64,000 nucleotides of DNA, taken from a virus. Taxonomy: Duplodnaviria; Heunggongvirae; Uroviricota; Caudoviricetes. The first letter of the stretch is position 1. Each line of letters opens with the position of its first letter. This document shows, in pieces, positions 59,443-64,000 of this stretch. Below the pieces are notes generated by a model, which did not search any database, was not told the DNA's origin, and worked only from the letters and a program-made list of their open reading frames with translations. The stretch is taken from the IMG/VR virus record IMGVR_UViG_3300028886_000034, positions 182,081 to 246,080 of that record; one strand, given 5' to 3'. The translations under genes were made by a program, and so were the position numbers.

Positions 59443-60201
59443 ATGGCATTAACTATAAATCAAACACATCCTCCAGTAGAACTTTGTTTGGATGAAACAT
59501 ATATTCGAAAGATACTTACTATTGAAAATACAGAAGGAACAATTGGAGAAACGCCTTATCAATTAGTTCATACTGATTCACATAGTAAAGTACCTTTAGA
59601 GTATTTTAATACTACAAGTTCTAAAAAAGTTATTAGTTCGAGTGCTACACCATATTTAGTAACATTAACATCACAGAATAATACAGTACAGCCAGATCCA
59701 TTATTAAAAGGAACATTAGATAGATCTATTTTAGGCACTTATAATAACTATAAGGGCAGTTTATTAGCAATGACTTTAGAAAATGGTTCAGAGGTATTAC
59801 CAGCTATGTTACGGTCATCACAAACTGCTATGCAGAATAGACTAGTTACTACTAAAGAAAATTCTACTAAAATAGATAATAATTGGTTAAATGGTACTGT
59901 AGGTACTGGAGCATCATATTCATCTGATGATAATAAAGTAGTCTTTACTAGAACTAATAATACAATAGACCCAGCATTATTAAATATTCAAAGATTTTCT
60001 ACAAGAATAACATCAAACATATCTGTCTATACATTAAGTACAAGTGATTTTACAATGCCATCTAGTTTACAGAATTTATTTGTATATGAAAATGGATTGT
60101 TATTGTCACCAGATTTTGACTATTCAGTATCTAATAATACAATTAATTTTACAGAAACAGTTGTATCTGGAACAATACTACAGTTTATAGCAATTGTTTA
60201 A
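59443..60201 (+). CDS. fibre-associated virion protein
   Basis: N-terminus like 56599 gene; VYENGLLL..DY module. Confidence 0.75.
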   Translation: MALTINQTHPPVELCLDETYIRKILTIENTEGTIGETPYQLVHTDSHSKVPLEYFNTTSSKKVISSSATPYLVTLTSQNNTVQPDPLLKGTLDRSILGTYNNYKGSLLAMTLENGSEVLPAMLRSSQTAMQNRLVTTKENSTKIDNNWLNGTVGTGASYSSDDNKVVFTRTNNTIDPALLNIQRFSTRITSNISVYTLSTSDFTMPSSLQNLFVYENGLLLSPDFDYSVSNNTINFTETVVSGTILQFIAIV

Positions 60202-60209
60202 TAAAATAT

Positions 60210-60227
60210 TTCGAACAAATAATGAAA
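60210..60227 (+). promoter_or_regulatory. putative late promoter motif TTCGAACAAATAATGAAA
   Basis: Variant of GAACAAAT motif. Confidence 0.4.
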
Positions 60228-60261
60228 ACTAGAATAGGTGTAGATAAGGAGGTGATTGAGA

Positions 60262-62196
60262 ATATCATATAGATATGGTGGAGTTAAAAAAGTAACAGAG
60301 CATATAGTTGATGCTGAAAATGAAACTTATTATGATAAGTTTGCAAAAACAACATCAGATCAAGTTATAGTTAATAAGGTTCAAGATACTAGGTTAGATG
60401 TAGTTTTAAAAGATTTAGAAACCAGAATTTCTGGAGATTCAAGTGTACCATCACAGGTAGGGAATTCTGGAAAATTCTTATCAACTAATGGTTCGACATT
60501 AGAATGGAGAGTCATAGATGCTTTACCAAGTCAAACTAATAATGCAGATAAAGTACTTTCTACAAATGGTTCATCTGCATATTGGGCAGTACCATTAAAA
60601 CTTACATCTACAATATATCCAGCAGTATCAGATAATAAGCTTGGTTCCTATGGAGTGAGTTCGGAGGCAGCCAGAGCCGATCATAAGCATCCATTACCAG
60701 TTTATTTTATTGAATCTTATATGACTGCTATAGGTGGAGAAACAGAAATAACTTTAACTGAAGAGCAATACCCTTCAAATAACAGACCTACTGGTTTTCA
60801 TCTTTATAGAAATGGACTTCTACTTTCTCCTACTACAGACTATACATTTGATTCTGTAAATAAGAGAATAACCTTTTCTAAAGCTTGCGCAGCTAAAGAA
60901 AACATCATTATAGTATTAGGATATTTATTAGGTGACAGTAATATTTCAGTAGGTGGAAATAGTATAAATATTTCAGATGTTTTAAATGCTATCTTAGATA
61001 CAGAAGTAGTTCCTTTAATGGATGGAGAAGCTGCTATAGGTACTTCAGAAAAAGTAGCTAGAGAAGATCATAAGCATCCATCAGATACTTCTAAAGCTAA
61101 TATTAATTCACCTTTATTTACTGGAACACCTAGGATTTTAATTAATCCAACAGTTAATACTAATGACAATTCTATAGCTACAACTAAGTTTGTTAATGAT
61201 CAAATTAATACTAAGTTATTAAACATTATTCCAGCTCAGTCAGAATCTACTGCTGGTAAAGTTTTAGCGTCTGATGGAAGCAGAGTATTCTGGAAAACTG
61301 ATCAAGACAGCCAAGAACTTCCTCAAATAGAATATGCAGATATTGGAAAATTCCTTATAGCCAATACAGAAGGATTACCTGAATGGGTAGAATTAAGTCA
61401 GGAAATACCAGATTCAACTGAATCTGAAATAGGATCTGTATTAACATTAGATAGTAATAAGAATCCTGTTTGGAGTGTAGTTCCAAATGAAATACCTGAG
61501 ATTAATGATGATACTTCTAATAAGATATTAAGCAATAATGGAGCTAATTTAACTTGGGTTAATAATGAGCATATAATATTGTCTAATCTTAATCCAAGAA
61601 TGAATTCCAATAGAGCATATCCTGGAGTTTTAAATGAGGCTGCCAGAATAGATCATGAGCATGAACATGACAATACTAAGGCTGATATAGATTCTCCAAT
61701 ATTTACAGGAGATCCTCAATCACCTACCCCATTGACTAGTAATAATTCAACTTCAATAGCTACTACAGCTTTTGTAAATAATTTAGTTTCTAGAGAGATT
61801 TCTAGAGTTGAAACAGCTAATAATAATTATATATTACAGAACAGCTCAACTCTATTTACTCTTCAGAATATCAACGAGAAATTACAAGACCTGGGAAATC
61901 TTGATTCAAATATAGATAATCTTACAATAGATTTTAGTTTAGGTAATCATGCCTTAGTAATGCTTAATAATGACATTTCATTCAGTTTCACTATTAATAG
62001 CATAGCAAATAGTAACTTTAGAAAAGTTAGTTTAACTCTTTATAATGCAAATCAATATATGATTGAATGGCCTGAAAATGTCCATTGGGATGGCATATAT
62101 GCTCCTATGATTGAAACTGTAATGACTACTATTGAGTTTATTACTTTTAATAATGGCGGAGATTGGTATGGAAAAGTTTGGGGTAACTTTAATTAA
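60262..62196 (+). CDS. modular tail-fibre-like protein
   Basis: PSQ.GNSGKFL repeats, three AR.DH.H motifs, LYRNG module, C-terminal TFNNGGDWYG; ATA 60262 or TTG 60256 start. Confidence 0.8.
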   Translation: MSYRYGGVKKVTEHIVDAENETYYDKFAKTTSDQVIVNKVQDTRLDVVLKDLETRISGDSSVPSQVGNSGKFLSTNGSTLEWRVIDALPSQTNNADKVLSTNGSSAYWAVPLKLTSTIYPAVSDNKLGSYGVSSEAARADHKHPLPVYFIESYMTAIGGETEITLTEEQYPSNNRPTGFHLYRNGLLLSPTTDYTFDSVNKRITFSKACAAKENIIIVLGYLLGDSNISVGGNSINISDVLNAILDTEVVPLMDGEAAIGTSEKVAREDHKHPSDTSKANINSPLFTGTPRILINPTVNTNDNSIATTKFVNDQINTKLLNIIPAQSESTAGKVLASDGSRVFWKTDQDSQELPQIEYADIGKFLIANTEGLPEWVELSQEIPDSTESEIGSVLTLDSNKNPVWSVVPNEIPEINDDTSNKILSNNGANLTWVNNEHIILSNLNPRMNSNRAYPGVLNEAARIDHEHEHDNTKADIDSPIFTGDPQSPTPLTSNNSTSIATTAFVNNLVSREISRVETANNNYILQNSSTLFTLQNINEKLQDLGNLDSNIDNLTIDFSLGNHALVMLNNDISFSFTINSIANSNFRKVSLTLYNANQYMIEWPENVHWDGIYAPMIETVMTTIEFITFNNGGDWYGKVWGNFN

Positions 62197-62205
62197 TTTA
62201 CCCTA

Positions 62206-62234
62206 TTGACAAGTATTGTTAACTACATTATAAT
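62206..62234 (+). promoter_or_regulatory. consensus sigma70 promoter
   Basis: TTGACA-17-TATAAT. Confidence 0.8.
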
Positions 62235-62273
62235 CTGTGTTAGTATACCTAAAAAGAAAGGATCTGATTTAAA

Positions 62274-63143
62274 ATGATCAGAGTTAAAGTTCTTGTTCCA
62301 AATATGGATGAACCATATTTTGATGGAAAAGTCAATGAGAAAGACTATGATGATTTTAATGAATTCTTAGAAGAACTCAAAGACTCTTTTGGAGAGATTG
62401 ACTGTGAAGCTTCTGTAGTTAAGCCAGAAACTACTGAAGATAATGAATCTGATGAAGAATCAGATCCTATTGCAGAACATATCAAAGACCATCCTGTTAT
62501 TGATAAAAATAATAAAATGGACGAAAATCTCCAGAATTTCTTCCATAATCTTGATAGTATCAATACTGAAACTGATTCTAAGGACTTCTTAGATAAATTG
62601 GATAATATCGATTCTGAAGAAATTCCTCCTGCAGATAATGAAGAGGATGAAACTGAAGACACCCCAGAAGAAATGTATTGCTCAGTTAAAGTTAAGATTA
62701 GAAAGCGGATTATTTCAGATATCTATTATAGGGAGAATCCAGAAATTAAAAAGAATGCAGTCGATGGTTCATATCCAATAATTGATGATGTTGATGAAAC
62801 TATTGAAGTTCCTATTCCTGTTACTGTTATAGAAAAATGTACTCTATACAACATTGCTCAGTTCATTAAGCAGAATACTATCTTTATTCTTATGGATCCA
62901 GAATATTGTGATGTAGATGATGAGAATTTAGATAAAGTATTCTGTACTGATGATTTTGATGACTCATATTGTTATGATACTGGAGTTATTGGGATATTCT
63001 TTACAGATATACAGTTCCCCTGTAATGATTGTATGTCCAATTCTACTACTGAAACTATTTATAGAACACTCTGTAATGGAGAAATTGATTACAGAGAAAT
63101 GGAAAGAATTTATACTAAACTTAGATTATTTAATAACGACTAA
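62274..63143 (+). CDS. highly acidic hypothetical protein
   Basis: 289 aa D/E-rich, AAAGGA RBS. Confidence 0.75.
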   Translation: MIRVKVLVPNMDEPYFDGKVNEKDYDDFNEFLEELKDSFGEIDCEASVVKPETTEDNESDEESDPIAEHIKDHPVIDKNNKMDENLQNFFHNLDSINTETDSKDFLDKLDNIDSEEIPPADNEEDETEDTPEEMYCSVKVKIRKRIISDIYYRENPEIKKNAVDGSYPIIDDVDETIEVPIPVTVIEKCTLYNIAQFIKQNTIFILMDPEYCDVDDENLDKVFCTDDFDDSYCYDTGVIGIFFTDIQFPCNDCMSNSTTETIYRTLCNGEIDYREMERIYTKLRLFNND

Positions 63144-63151
63144 CCCAAAAG

Positions 63152-63187
63152 AAAACCCCGCACACCTGCTGTAGTGTACGGGGTTTC
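63152..63187. terminator. bidirectional terminator
   Basis: AAACCCCG.ACAC/GTGT.CGGGGTTT between convergent genes. Confidence 0.7.
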
Positions 63188-63189
63188 CC

Positions 63190-63927
63190 TTACAAGGATT
63201 TCACCTCCTTTTTAAAGTCTTTCATAAGCTTCTGAAAGACTGCATTAGCCGCGTTGTAGTACGCAGCCTGAGCAGCCTCAGAAGCTGAAAGACTCCTGTA
63301 CCTCCGGGTGGCTTCCCGGAGAGTCCGTTTCCCGCCTCTTCTGGGGTACCGGTATTTGTGGAATACCAGTACCCCACCCAACACCGATTTGTTGATATCG
63401 GATGCCAGGTCCAACTTGGAAATGCCTGCGGGATTCAGGACATCTCCGTGGTAGCGCACGATTACCTGTAGAAGCCCACGTGCGCTACTGTTCGTGGACT
63501 TCCCAGGGCGGGCTCCCAGTCTGAAGCTGCTTTCGGTCTGCATCATTCCGCAGAGCCAAAAGGCCTCTTCCTGGGACTTGGAATATTCCACCAAGGCCTC
63601 AGCAATGGCATCGATGTAGTCTTTCCTTGTCATGCCCAGAGCTCCTTCAAAGGAGCTGAGCATGAACCCGTTGATGTGGCTCGCAATCACCCGAACTGCG
63701 GCCACATCACGCGCAGATTCGGGAGTCCCCTCAATCTTTTTCTTCTCTTTGGGGGCAGTGAGGGGACGCTGCTCCCGACGTTCCTCAAGAAGACGGTTAA
63801 TTTCAACCATCTCCTTAGGGAGTTCTTGGGGCTTTATTCTCCCCCACAGAACCCCCATGAGGATCAAAGTGGCCGCACATGCGACCACGCCGAGGGTGTT
63901 CAGCACCCTAAATAGTTTCTTCTCCAT
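63190..63927 (-). CDS. membrane-anchored SLT-type lytic transglycosylase
   Basis: N-terminal TM; MMQTESSF..A..SSARGLLQV..G...F..Y..Y motifs; ATG 63927 after AAAGGA. Confidence 0.8.
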   Translation of the reverse strand: MEKKLFRVLNTLGVVACAATLILMGVLWGRIKPQELPKEMVEINRLLEERREQRPLTAPKEKKKIEGTPESARDVAAVRVIASHINGFMLSSFEGALGMTRKDYIDAIAEALVEYSKSQEEAFWLCGMMQTESSFRLGARPGKSTNSSARGLLQVIVRYHGDVLNPAGISKLDLASDINKSVLGGVLVFHKYRYPRRGGKRTLREATRRYRSLSASEAAQAAYYNAANAVFQKLMKDFKKEVKSL

Positions 63928-63967
63928 ACTATCACATCCTTTCTGGAGAAGACAATAAGTTATTACA

Positions 63968-63982
63968 GTAATATACATACAA
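63968..63982 (-). promoter_or_regulatory. putative early promoter motif TTGTATGTATATTAC
   Basis: Recurrent motif containing TATATTAC. Confidence 0.6.
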
Positions 63983-64000
63983 CTAAATTTTAATAAAATG

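Noticed and set aside
63928-63978. N-terminal 17 codons of the track ORF 63190-63978
   Set aside because: Overlap the promoter motif and RBS; ATG 63927 preferred

Overview
AT-rich segment of a large (jumbo-type) bacteriophage genome. It has two plus-strand virion blocks. The first (about 1.1-25.9 kb) holds modular fibre/adhesin-like genes, a tape-measure-like protein and a baseplate-like protein; the second (about 45.9-62.2 kb) is another fibre cluster. Between them a minus-strand block encodes a phage multisubunit RNA polymerase (unsplit beta' and beta), a possible sigma-like subunit, a DHH phosphoesterase and many small genes. Two systems stand out. (1) The RNAP beta gene is split by a 1792-nt group I intron (29091-30882, minus) whose only cargo is a TnpB with intact catalytic motifs and no TnpA. 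Predicted splicing restores a 1509-aa beta, and the geometry suggests RNA-guided homing against intron-less alleles. (2) A tail-fibre-like protein ends in a (CXXX)10 Cys-rich tail and lies two genes upstream of a double radical-SAM/SPASM enzyme, like a RiPP maturation cassette aimed at a virion protein. Also seen: three putative promoter classes, repeated likely AUA starts, two structured mini-transcripts with unannotated small ORFs, and a decayed BspA-like gene. All family assignments come from motif recognition by eye, not database searches.
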